NCBI GenBank assembly: GCA_043228905.1
Contig: JBHGNT010000008.1
Location: 17,484,001 to 17,548,000 of the forward strand
Source of the DNA: Azolla caroliniana
Taxonomy: Eukaryota > Plantae > Polypodiophyta
Length of the DNA: 64,000 nt
Direction of reading: 5' to 3'
The number at the start of each line of letters is the position of its first letter. The stretch's first letter is position 1. The notes under the pieces are model-generated. The model worked only from the letters and a program-made list of their open reading frames with translations. It was not told where the DNA came from and did no database searches. The translations under genes were made by a program, and so were the position numbers. Below, in pieces: positions 26,901 to 38,842 of the stretch.

Positions 26901-27286
26901 CAATTCGTGTTCGTCTAGTATAACATTCGTTTTCCTACGTTAGAAAACGAATGCGAATGTTATCCAAACATTCTCATGTTTTTTTTTTTGTTTTTTTCCC
27001 ATTTTTTTAATGTTTTTTTTTTCATTTTTAGGCTTATCTACCTCATAATAAATAGTTAATCCAAAAGTATGGTATTTATCATTCTTTGAGGGTGTTTTTC
27101 TTTCGCGAATGATTGAACCATTCGCGAATGCGAATGTACGTATGGTACGTATGGTTCATACTATGCAAGTTCCAACCATGTGTCTCTCAAAGGAGAAAGA
27201 GAAGATGTTTGTCTTGTTTGCCAGTCAATTGATTGAAGAAGGAAGGCCTTTTACTTTTTCTTCCTTCCTTTGTTTCTGTAGGTTTA

Positions 27287-27910
27287 TGATTTCTGTGTGG
27301 CCGATGCCAATGCAGCTGCAGCCATCACCAGCAATGTGGTAGCTTGCAAGCCATCTGAAAAAGTCATAGCCCAGGACTTCACGTCCACGCTGCTGCGAGC
27401 ACCTGCAGTAGCAGCCACATATGATTCTCATTATACTAGTGGCTCCCAGCGCAACAACAATGGCAGTAAGGTGGCTATGGTCACCTTGGCCTCAACACGC
27501 AGGGCTTGTCCATGGCTCGCATCGACTTCCTGCCCAATGGCGGACTGAACCAACCCCACGTCCACCCGCGTGCCACCGAGGTCCTCTTCCTGGTGCAGGG
27601 CACGCTCACCGTCGGCTTCGTCTCCACCGCCCCCAACAACACGCTCTTCCAGGCCATGCTCTACCCTAGAGACCTCTTCGTCTTCCCCCGCGGCCTCGTC
27701 CACTTCCAGATCAACCTGGACAAGAAGAATCCAGCTCTGGCCATCGCCACCTTGAACAGCCAGAATCCAGGACTCTCCCAGCTCGTTGTGGCCCTCTTCG
27801 CCGCCAACCCACCACTGCCAGGGATGGTGCTCCAAAATACGTTCGGCATAGAGCAGTCTGAAGTGGACGCCCTCGCCGCCAGCGTGAAGAAGGCCAACGT
27901 AGTAGCTTGA
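27287..27910 (+). pseudogene. germin-like protein pseudogene (5'-deleted, frameshifted)
   Basis: DFCVADANA...CKP in one frame and ARIDF...HVHPRATE...HFQ in another. A deletion near 27494 and no signal peptide or ATG. Confidence 0.92.
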
Positions 27911-30613
27911 ATACTCGTACCGTAGTATGAACGTACAATCAATAACAAGCGGCACCATGACCTAATCAATCTTTCCAGCATAAAGTACCTCATCGTCATA
28001 CTATATTTGTTTGTCTATCCGTTTGAATAATACATACATTTTGGGCATTGGACGCTCACAACAATCACCTCTGTAATCTTTCCTTTATAAATGGTCAAAT
28101 TAATCATTCTAGTTTCTGTGTCCTTTTTGTGAAAATATACAATTATGTTAATAAATAGTATATCGGAAATATTTGAATGCGTGTTGTCGCCGGTAGGTAA
28201 CATTACATGTCTCCGGTTTCCGACTCTCTCTCTTTCATGTGGACGCAATTAGAGAGACCATTCGTGATGATGTTATCACGCCGACTCCGAAGCAAATCGA
28301 CAGTACCACATGACATTATTAGGGCTGAGTTCACATTACCCCCAATGTTAGTAGAGGCACTTTTCCAGCTTGTAGTCTTTCTTCATAGGATACATAGCCA
28401 ACCACATGATAGAATATCTCATCAAGCCTTTAAGGCCTCTCGATCATTGTATGAGTCCGGCTATACTAGCTCATGGTATGGCATGATGGTGAGTTGGCTT
28501 CTTGTGAATGGTCTAGACATTAATAACCTACCTCCCCTTAGGTACAACCACACGATTGGTAACACTTTAATCTCTCATGAGGACCGCAATAAAGTAATAT
28601 GCCAAGACATATGGCAAATTTACACTCGGTATAAATGGATCACCGCACGAGAGCCACTCCCATCTAAAATGTTGTACTATAAGGAACACTTCATGCACTT
28701 CTCTGAGTTAGGTTTTATCACGCGGCCAAAATATCTAGATGTATTCTTACCACATGCACTAAGGGTTGCCATTGGACAACTTAGAATATCATCTCACCAA
28801 CTTGAGATTGAGAATGGTCGTACTAATGGAGTCCCTAGGGAGGAAAGGATATGTAGGTTATGTCACATAGAGATAGAGGATGAGTATCACTTTACATGCA
28901 AGAGCCCAATCTACGCCGAGATAAGGGCAAAATACCAAGACATACTTGGTTCCTCTCCCACCCTCCCCAAACTATTAGATACTCTAGATATAAAGAAACT
29001 AGGCAAATACATTCTAGAGCTAAAACAACACAAAGAGAATAAGTTACAAAATGTTGACAATAATGTTGCTAATGTTCACCAACATGTAACAAATGAAGTT
29101 TTTCAGGAACAGGGGGAGCCAACAAATGTCGACACACTTGCACCACTCGGCCTTTCCCTTGATGAGGCAGAAAACCAAAGAAGAACCAGACGTCCTCGGG
29201 TTCCGGGTTTCAAAGCGACTCGATGTGGTGTGGCAGCAATAATGAAAATAAGGGAACATGAGCTACACCGCCTAGAAGCCATGGCTAGGGCACTCTCTAC
29301 ATTGGAACCACGGGTCACACCCACATCAAAACCCTTTGACCCCCCACTTCTTTTCGAGAGGCTTGGGTGGAAATAAAATTAGGATTAGTTTAAAGTCACT
29401 TCCTTTATCGAGTATACCAACACGTTCGCGTTCAGAAGTGGAAGGATCACGCATTCCACTTTTAGATTCCCTTTATAGTTACACAATTTTAGCTTCTTGT
29501 GAAATATGACGTGCACCAGTATCACATGATAAACCACAGAGGGTGTTTTTATTGATTTATTAATCGGATACATCTTTATACCAAGAGAACATGCTATTTA
29601 TTTGAGAAAATATAAATGTACTAGATTTATTCTTGCAATGTTTACAAATTTAGGGTTGGTTTTTACCGCGCATTCATTTTATACAAATTAATTATTTGAC
29701 TAAAGCATTAACAAACAGGAATTCCATTTTCACGAGATGTAAAGTGCATAGGTTTACAGTGGTTAAACTTTCCAAGAGAGGTGTATATGCTATTTGAGAA
29801 ATTGATATTTACATATTATTGAATACAATACATAATGACTAATAGTTAGTAAAGATCATTAGGATATAATACCAAATGTATATGTTCATGGCAACACATG
29901 AAAATTAGAAGTAGAAAGCGTACTCATAACTATTAGTTTACATTACATTAGACATACAAGAATATACCCAAAACATATATGACTATTATTATGGTATAGG
30001 CAGTGCTAAATTTTTGGGTGCCATAATAGAGATAACTCTTTGGTATTAACGTTAAATCATGTATTAAAATTTTCATTTGATTGTCTACACATAAACACTA
30101 AATCAAGAGGTTAAACACATATATACAAATGGAGTAATAATAATCTATGCAGATCACACATTCATAGCCCTCCATACATCCAGTCCAGACAACCATCAAC
30201 CATAAAAACATGATTATTGTTGTACAATCCCCTCTAATAAAGCAAATACTCCCCAATATCTACAAATGCCTCCTTCAGTCCCAGTAAATATTATTTATCA
30301 TAGTTATTCTATAAGTATAATAAATTTAAAAAGTGATTTGCAATAGTAAACATGGAACTAAGTTTTATAAACACAATTGATGGGTAAATATGAAGAATGA
30401 ACATACATTTTCTTTCATCTTAACTATATACTTATATGATATGCCAACAAATTTAATAAATATGTGCCACAAGATATAAACATAGCAACACATTAATTAA
30501 AACATAATATAACACCATATAAACAAATAAATTGGATCATCTTAGGAAATAGAATTGATTAAAGGATCTTTGATCAGAAGTAAATACATTCAAAGTTGTT
30601 TTATAAACTCTGA

Positions 30614-32865
30614 CTACATCGCTAGGAGAGTATCCATATCATTGGATTCATCATCAATTGGTGAACTATCATCCACATTTACCGCAGTAGTATTTACTCC
30701 AGATAGACTCGCTATCGTGGGGTCCTCCATTAAGTCATCGTCAAGCTCTACGAGTTCCCCAGGTTCACCAGCCAAAGGAGGAATCAGTTCACGGGAGGCA
30801 GGCTGAAAACGTTCGGTATCTGCCATATGTTTGGCCCCTACCTCCTCATCTTGATCGGGGCATTCCCAAAGCGCACGAAGCCTCATGTTGATAAAGATCA
30901 CTAGCTCCTCATCTTTCTCCAATGCGACCGAATTTCGGAAAAGCTTCAAAGCACATGCTGAAGTGGTGCCTAAACACCATAAATAAGAAATAATGAGTAT
31001 TATCATATGTCTAAATATAAATAAAACCTTCAACACATTGGGAAAATTATTCGACCATTTACCTGTGCCAGAAAACAAGTCCAATATCCAGTCATCTTCA
31101 TTTGAAAACATCTCCTCAAGGCACATCATTAAACGTTGGGGCTTCTGGTAGGGATTCACAAGCCCACGCTCAGTCGTGGTCACATGTCGAAGCTTCCATG
31201 TCATGGCTAGGTATACGAGCAGGTTTGAGCATCCCACCTCATTCGAATGCTCCTTGATTCTTTGCTTCTTGACCTCGTCATAATAACCAACTGTTATATA
31301 TTCCATTGCGTTGACGAACCAAAAAGTCGGTCCCCTATTTACGTTGGTTTTAATCCTGATCATTGAGAAAAAAGTTATAAGCAGTTTAAATTATAATATA
31401 TAATTCCTATTGAAATAAAGTGCTTTCGATAAAATCCTTACCAAGCCAGGTTCTCAATTCCATGGCAACGAGATCTCAACGCTTGAGCCACGGAATATCC
31501 CTGGTTCATGCTATGAAATATTACAATTCTCCACAAGGAAGTGGTGGTCAAGTCGGCGAAATCTTTTACAATTTTTTCCAACTGCTTGAACCTAAAAGGT
31601 TCTTCATCGTAGATTGAACCAGCCATACGAAAACTGTATGGAATATCAGCTACCATTAACGTATACTCTTTCTTTGGCAGCTTCTGGATCATGTCAGCCA
31701 CATCACCACAATAAACATTGTAGTACAGATCTCTGGTTATGTCCTTTTTGTGGCTGAACTTCTTGAAGGTGTCGTCATCTTCCACCTCATACACCCTTAC
31801 CAAGTGTCGATCCTTCTCTTTTCTGGCCCTTTCAAGATGCGCAAGAAAGGATGTTGGAAAGTCATGTATATCCTTTATTTCACCAGGCCTCTTACTCCGA
31901 CATGGTTTCTAAAAAAAATAAGACATCAACAAAGTTATAGTGATACACAGGATGGACCACCACAAATTGATCAAACAAAGAGTTATACTCACCCAATCCT
32001 TAAATGCAATGAAATATTCCGATAATGCCTTGTACGAAGACGTTATCGGATATTCTTCAGTCACTTGTTCCCACGATAAGCAACCTAGTTGCTTCATCAT
32101 CACTTCTTGTATTTTCATATAGACTTTGTGGCTGAAAATTTATAAACCAACATTAAAATTTCCTTTCTTAAAACAAGATCAACCATAAAAAATTTAGTAA
32201 CACCTTACTTGTTGAACTCCGTAACCATTTCCTCTAGGCTCAGCTCCTTCACTACAACTCTTGAAAGCACATATATAAGAAGTTGCTCATCTTTGATCCC
32301 TTGCATTGCCCTCCATAAAGACAACTTCATATCATCTGCCGCTTCCTCAATGGTAAGCTCAATCTTCTTCGCAGCTAAGCTCTTCAATTCTAATTGAGGG
32401 TCAACTTTAGACTACTTTTGTCTTTGACCCTTCACTTCCTTATTCTCCCACATCGTAAATATTTGATCTTGAAGATCCCAGACTCCTCCATCCCTAAATG
32501 CAAGTTGAAACCACGGCTCATACTTTCTGATTCCATCATACTTCACCGCATCGTCCACCACACTTCCCACTTCGTGGAGACATTGACGTCGTAGAGCTGG
32601 ATATAATTTCGCTCCAAATTTGGTTTTCCCGTCGAGGTACTCATGGTGAAAAAATCTAATGCGTTCGATGGAGGACATCTTCTGCCGGTAGTCATTGTCG
32701 TTATTGTGGTCCCATGCTAACAACTTCGCCTCCTCAGTTGTTAACCCCACATAAATTTTGCATTCCGCATATTTGAAGAAGAACGTTGTGGAATGCTCGT
32801 GGACTAGTTGTCGTCTTGCCTCCGCCAAGTGAGATCCTCCAATCACAAAATAATTGTACTGAACG
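30614..32865 (-). pseudogene. ParB-like domain fused to beta-class DNA amino-methyltransferase (N6-A/N4-C); five exons, 5'-truncated
   Basis: GT-AG introns at 32132-32208, 31909-31992, 31356-31441 and 30970-31062. Spliced motifs: YCGD; ADIPY (IV); WIK.N...E.I; NPYQKP (X); ILDLFSGTGTT (I); ALEKD (II). One stop (32412-32414) and one frameshift (~31830). Confidence 0.85.
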
Positions 32866-32879
32866 TGCTACTTAATATC

Positions 32880-35058
32880 AAAATAATTGTATTGGAAAGC
32901 AAAACTTGCGGTCTTTGAGACGTTACTATTTTTCACTCAATGGTGATGAACAAGACACCTATCTTATGACACACTTACAAATGGTGTCAGACAAAGCCTC
33001 AGATATCTCGATCTCTTTCGAGTATTACCTTTTTACGGCACGACAATGTTGTAGAGTGGCATTCAAGATCGCACTTTGTGTTAGCAACATAAGATTACAT
33101 AGAGTGCGACAAAGAGTTTTAAACGGCAACAATCCCATTGAAGATGATAATTTGCCAAGTATGAAGGGTGCATCAGGTAGAAATGCGATCTCCTGGATGA
33201 AGACATACTTCAAGTTCAATTGTGAGATAATGCCAACTACCGGTAGGTTGCATCTTTCTGACAATTATACACGTCGAGAAGTTTATGATTCCTATCGATT
33301 GGAAATGGCATCTTGTTGCGACAAGTATGTCACCTACAGTCAGTTCACAAGGTTGTGGACATTGCACTTTAGTAATGTTATTATACCTCGTAAAGTGTGT
33401 ATGGGGTATTGTTCAGTATGTGCAAACCTAAAGAGTGTGTGTAAAGGGGCAAAGACAGTGACAGAGAAGGAGCTAAATAAGAAATTGTTACAAGATCACC
33501 GAGACGCCCAAGCATTAGAGCGAAAAAGAGCTATGCACCATAGGGAAAAGTCGATAAACAATCCAACTAAGTACATGTGTTTAATGATAGATGGAATGGA
33601 CCAAAAGAATACGTGTCTACCTCATCTTAAACGTCTTCCTAAAGATGTCAACGACGATTGTCTCGTGCAGACGCAATTGGTGGGCTTTTTAGCCTATAAT
33701 GGAAGTGTGAAGCCTCATGTCTTCGTCACCTACCCAAATCTCCACAATGACCCTAATTTAATAGTCACTGTGATTCAAAAAGTATTGATGTCTTGGGGGC
33801 AGTCTTTGCCGCTTTATATATTCAACTAGACAATATTGCTCGGGAAAACAAAAATTCTAGGGTGTTTGGTTATCTAAGTATGTTGGTGAACCAAGGAAAG
33901 TTTAGGAAAGTGAAAGTTAACTTTCTATTGGTTGGTCACACACATGACCATATCGATCAGATGTTCAATAACTTCTCTAGGCAGTTATCACGATATGATG
34001 ATTTTACGTTACCTAAGTTGTTCGACATCATTCGTGATGCATATACACCACGCCCAATCGTGGAACACTTGAAGGAAATATATGATTTCAAGAGATACAT
34101 ATTAGATGGTGGTGAGTGAAATGCCAAAGTGTTAGCGCCCTTAAATAATATAAGTTTCAACCACGTATTCTTAATAAATAAAAATGATCATAGTGGTTGT
34201 ACATTATTATATGCAAAGCAGTATTCATCCTCCCCCCAATGGGAGCCTGAAGGCGGGTGTCAGTTTCTACTTCATATGCCTTCCACTTTTGTTTATGCTA
34301 CAAGACAAATGCCGATTGAGACTAAGAAAGTTGTCACCAATGTACTAGTTGATAATCCAAAGGATGTTTGGATGCAAGCATTGCAAGACAAATGCAAGCA
34401 CATTGACAATGCGAAGAAGTATGTTGGGGAACAAGACACATCATGGTGGGATGTGTTCTTTAAAGATCAAGAAAAAATTGTTGACAATTGTGTCCTTGGT
34501 ACTTGGACCGTGCAAATACCCTTCACCTGGAATATACAACAATGTCATAATTCTCAAACTTCTCCTCTTGCACCTAATGCGATTAATGATAGCTTGCTCC
34601 ATCCACCACAAAGGGACATATATGTTGGACCCAGGCTGACAAAAACAACGGAAGCAAGGTGGCAAGGGAACTTGCAAGAATTGAAGGTGGGTATGTTAAT
34701 TGCTACACCTGCTGATGATAATGAGCTGGGACATCAATTTTGGATTGGTAAGGTTTTAGATGTGGTGACACATGAGAACCAAAGCCAAATCCAGTCTATA
34801 AAGGTGCATTGGTACAACACTAAAAGCAAAAATGCCTTTACCAGCAAGTATGATTTAGAGATGATGGAATGTCCACGGTCAAGGGGGAATAGAAAGAGGA
34901 AAAGAAATATTCGTAGCATTTCATGCCTAGACATTGGTGACGTAGATATTATTGTTTACGACTTCACACTAACAAAAGTTGAACGTCTCAGGAAGTCTAC
35001 AATATATATTATCAAGGAGAAATTACCTATTCTACAAGGGGTCTCATGTCGAAGGTGA
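32880..35058 (+). pseudogene. DDD transposase (Sola-like) with C-terminal beta-barrel-like domain; frameshift and stop
   Basis: CSVC zinc motif; IDGMDQ, QLDN..RENKN and VGHTHDHIDQ acidic triad. Frameshift near 33810; in-frame TGA at 34117-34119. Confidence 0.85.
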
Positions 35059-35424
35059 GGTTTTCCAACGACATTTTGAGAACATGTGATACTGGTATCA
35101 TTACGTTTTGTGAATAGAGTATATAAACCCCAAAATTTGAGGGAATATTCCTTATCCTTCCATTTTTGCGCGATCCTTCCACTTCTGAACGCGAACGTGT
35201 TTACCACGTATTGTACACTACTAGAACTCTTTTAGCTTAAGTTCTATGTTTACTTTATTTTATTTTAGTTATGATGACTGGATAAATACTCATTTTGTTG
35301 TAAACCAATTGTCTCATGGGCCAAATTTAGCCTTAGAAGACGTTAATATATCTTTCTTTCTCTCTCTCTCTCTCTCCATGACTTGTACTAGTGCTCCTAA
35401 ACCTAGTACTACAACATTTGGTAC

Positions 35425-37002
35425 TCTTAGAATATTAAATATTAGAAATAATAGACATGAATTAAATAACAAATTTATCATAATTAAATGAAACGAGAAT
35501 AAATAATGTAACAACGTATTCTTGTCTCTCTTGTTCAAAGTGACGGTCACAACACATTCATGTGAGATTTGCTCACAAGCAACATTCTCACTACAAATTT
35601 CCTTATGATCTCTTCTAGCTATAAAATGTAACCAGGATCATAATGTAGTCTCTCTTTTATCATCAAATTAAGTTACATATATACAATTGTTATACTTTGT
35701 TCGATAGTACTTTAAATTCCTACATGGTATCAGAGCATTATTACCCTAGGAATCTAAGCACAACCATCAAGAAGATCGATCTGGAAGATCTATGAAGATG
35801 GATTCCAGCACAAGGTCACAAACAAAACAACGTTGATGATAAGAAAGTACACCATGGAGAACACAATGACAAGAATGATATAGAATGTGGAAATTAGGGA
35901 TGAGCCTAATCCTTGAAAGAGCACAATTAATCGACATTGCAAAAGAATTAACGATTTAGATGGATGCATGCAATTGGTATCCATTTAACAGATGAGCAAA
36001 TAGCTTTAGTAAAAGAAGTATAAATATCAAAAGAAATATGGGATACAATGAGGGAACTCCACAAACCCTCAAACAGAGATCAACACTTTGAGACACCTTG
36101 TCACATTGATAATTCATGAGAAACTGCCTTCGAGCAAGCATTATCAATAGGTAATAAAATTGATGAAGATATGAAATTTTATTTAATATCGGGTGCCTTA
36201 CCATATTCATGGGTCACTTCTGTCACCACACATGGAAATGATGACACTTTAAACATCGAGAACATGTTCCTAAAACTGAAAATACAAAAGATCCAAAGAA
36301 TAAAGGGTAACATGAAACACAACGATTGATCAATGACAATGAGCACGATAATAAGATTTCAAATTTCCAACTTCTCAAAGCCAGTACTTCAAAAGCAATA
36401 TGACCAAAGAAACAAAGGTAAAAGTTCAATGCCTAAGCACATTCTACATCAATATCTAATGAAGGTGAAGACACATCCTTCATACAAGCATTCATGTCAA
36501 AAGTACAAACAAACAAAATTTAATTGAAAGGTCAAAACAAACATATTTGAGCACGTCATCATCTTATTAGAGACTTGGTCGAAGCAAAGGAGATGTCACT
36601 CCAATACACTTCAACCACAACCATGTGGGCTGATTTTGTCACTAAACCTATACCCAACACAAGCGTTGGATATGTTATTCCAAGATATGACTCAAATATG
36701 AGAAACCAAACAAATAGGTTCTTGCATTAAAGGGGGTGTTACAATAGTAAATATTAGAAATATCAAATGTATCATAAATAAGTAAAATGAGAATAAATAA
36801 TGTAATAACCTATTCTTGTGCCTCTTGTTCAGAATGACGGTTACAACCCATTCATGTGAGATTTTCTCACAATGAACATTCCCACTACAAACTTCCTTAT
36901 GATCTCTTCTACCTATAAAATGTAACACCTACCATGATCATAATGTTATATCAATTTTATACAATTTCTATACGTGGTTAGATAGTACGTTAAATTCATA
37001 GA
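35425..37002 (+). mobile_element. internally deleted Ty1/copia element (about 1.6 kb)
   Basis: Diverged LTRs 35425-35724 and 36737-37002; PBS TGGTATCAGAGC at 35725-35736; PPT AAAGGGGG at 36729-36736; RNase H tail KHI*ARHHLIRDLV...WADFVTKP. Confidence 0.8.
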
Positions 37003-37149
37003 AATACAATTCAATGCACATAGACATCATCATACCTATAAGTATTACTTTAGCGGCCCATGGTACTTCTACAAATTCAGCTTCAATTGTAGATGAGAGT
37101 GTTAAGAATTCTCGTATTTGTATTGCCATGAGTGTTACGGGCATGACCA

Positions 37150-37494
37150 TATAATATCCCGTGGTGAGAATTTACTATAGTATTCTATACATGTGGATAA
37201 GTGTGAGGGTTAAACAAGAGTGTAAAGAAGGGGAGGATTACTTTTAATCCTCGGGATTGAGGCAACCTATTAGGCCAAGTGTGAACTTGCCTCGGGGCCT
37301 TGGGTCTCGCTATAAATATGAGGCCTAACTACCCTCATTTCATCATCTCTTGACTACGTCGAGACTCTATTTTGTGGTGGGTCAACTCTTGTAGCGAGTG
37401 CGCCAACACCAGGTATGACTCGACGCCACAATGATGGTATGGGATGCTGCATATGCTTACATTAGATCAATACTATAACAATTGGTATCAGAGC
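37150..37494 (+). mobile_element. LTR plus tRNA-Met PBS of an element interrupted at about 37547
   Basis: TATAAAT inside, ends in AACA at 37480, TGGTATCAGAGC at 37483-37494. The left boundary is approximate. Confidence 0.6.
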
Positions 37495-38042
37495 TTATGT
37501 TTCTAATGTTTCTTTTGTTGGTTTTTGTTGTCTTCTTGATGGATGGCGTCATGAATCCGTGAACATTATGCTTACATTATGCTTCACCTGGACTTGAACC
37601 CAAGACTGTGTCATGAACACATGACCATTATGGTGTCACCCGGACTTAAACCTCAAATCTTGTAATCCATAGTTGAAAACCTCAACCATTAAGATAGCTT
37701 ATTGTCATATGAGAAAATAAAAGCTACTTTCTATATTACATTGATTATTGTAAAAACTCTAGATCATTCTAGAATGTCCTAGAACATTCTAGGTCTAGAA
37801 CATTCTAGAACATTATAGATATCTCTAAGCTATTCTATAGGAACCTATAAATAAGGGCATGCATGTATCCTCAAATCAATTCAAATCAACACCAGTCTTT
37901 AGCTCCAAGCCCACCTTGTATCCAACTCATCCTTGTAATCATTCTATTCTAATAAACCCACTCTTCTCTTATCAATCCATTCTCCTCTCTTCTATTCTCT
38001 TATACCTTCCTTCAATCATTCAATCTCTTACTTTGTTCTGAC

Positions 38043-38842
38043 CAAGGTCGTTAGGTACGTTAGGTATGGTATGGATACCATACGTATATAATATATTAAT
38101 ACCCGTACAGTACCTCCCAATTTAAAAATACGTTTTCTTAATATGTTAAATACTTATAAAATACATATTTTACGTATAGTATGTTAAATACTTCTAGAAT
38201 TTGAAAACTATTTACCTTTCTAAAAAATATCTATAATATTGTAAAAAACATCTATGTTTACACAATTTTGTGATGTACAATACAGTTCTACGTCCTAAAA
38301 TGCATATAAGACATTTGAACATTTCACATCCTAAAATACTTGTAGTAATATGGATGTCGACATTCCCTTATTCTATAAATTAGTGTAAGTGTGTATCACG
38401 ATGTTCTACTTCAAATTGTAATTATTTACAATTATGCCTTCATAGATTGAGGAATCGTCTATGATTATCACACTTAGAGTTAGGACAGGTTTATGTCTTC
38501 TTTTCTCTCTTCTTCTTCTTCTTCTTCTTCTTCTTCTTCTTCTTCTTCTTCTTCTTCATCATCATCATCATCTTCATCTTCTTCATCGTCATCTCTTCTA
38601 TTGTTCTTTCTTCGTTCCTTTGGCTTCTTTTTCACTAAAAAAAAAATTCTTTTGCTTTTTGTTGGTGTTTTACTTACATTTTCTTTATAAATACATATTA
38701 TACCTATTTTTTTATAAATACGTTAAATACCATATATGTACATGATATTTGACTGAACAAAATTGAGGTATAGTACGTACTATACAAATGATGAGGTACT
38801 ATACGTATTTAAACGTTAAATACGGATATGTAAACAACCACG
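38043..38842. mobile_element. non-autonomous hAT-type element (MITE), 800 bp, with internal (CTT)n
   Basis: 8-bp TSD GTTCTGAC at 38035-38042 and 38843-38850; imperfect TIR CAAGGTCGTT / AACAACCACG; TACG-rich subtermini. Confidence 0.85.

Larger units (their letters stand above)
29419..35201. mobile_element. DNA transposon (Sola-like) carrying a DNA methyltransferase gene
   Basis: TIR AACACGTTCGCGTTCAGAAGTGGAAGGATC(A/G)CGCA at 29419-29453 and 35167-35201. TACC duplicated at 29415-29418 and 35202-35205. Subterminal inverted 13-mer at 29516-29528 and 35083-35095. Confidence 0.9.
28240..35377 (+). mobile_element. 5'-truncated LINE (ORF2 C-terminus, ORF 28207-29376); 3' UTR split by the DNA transposon
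   Basis: LRISSHQLEIENGR...ICRLC...EDEYHFTC zinc-finger tail. The 3' UTR resumes after the TSD at 35206 and ends in a stem-loop plus (CT)n. Confidence 0.8.

Noticed and set aside
26900-27165. CGAATG-rich palindromic segment resembling a small MITE
   Set aside because: Matching TIRs and a TSD could not be established.
30970-31062. Apparent transmembrane segment inside the methyltransferase ORF
   Set aside because: It is an in-frame 93-bp GT-AG intron.
29419-35201. Bacterial contamination as the source of the methyltransferase
   Set aside because: The gene has spliceosomal introns and lies within a TSD-flanked insertion in a plant LINE.
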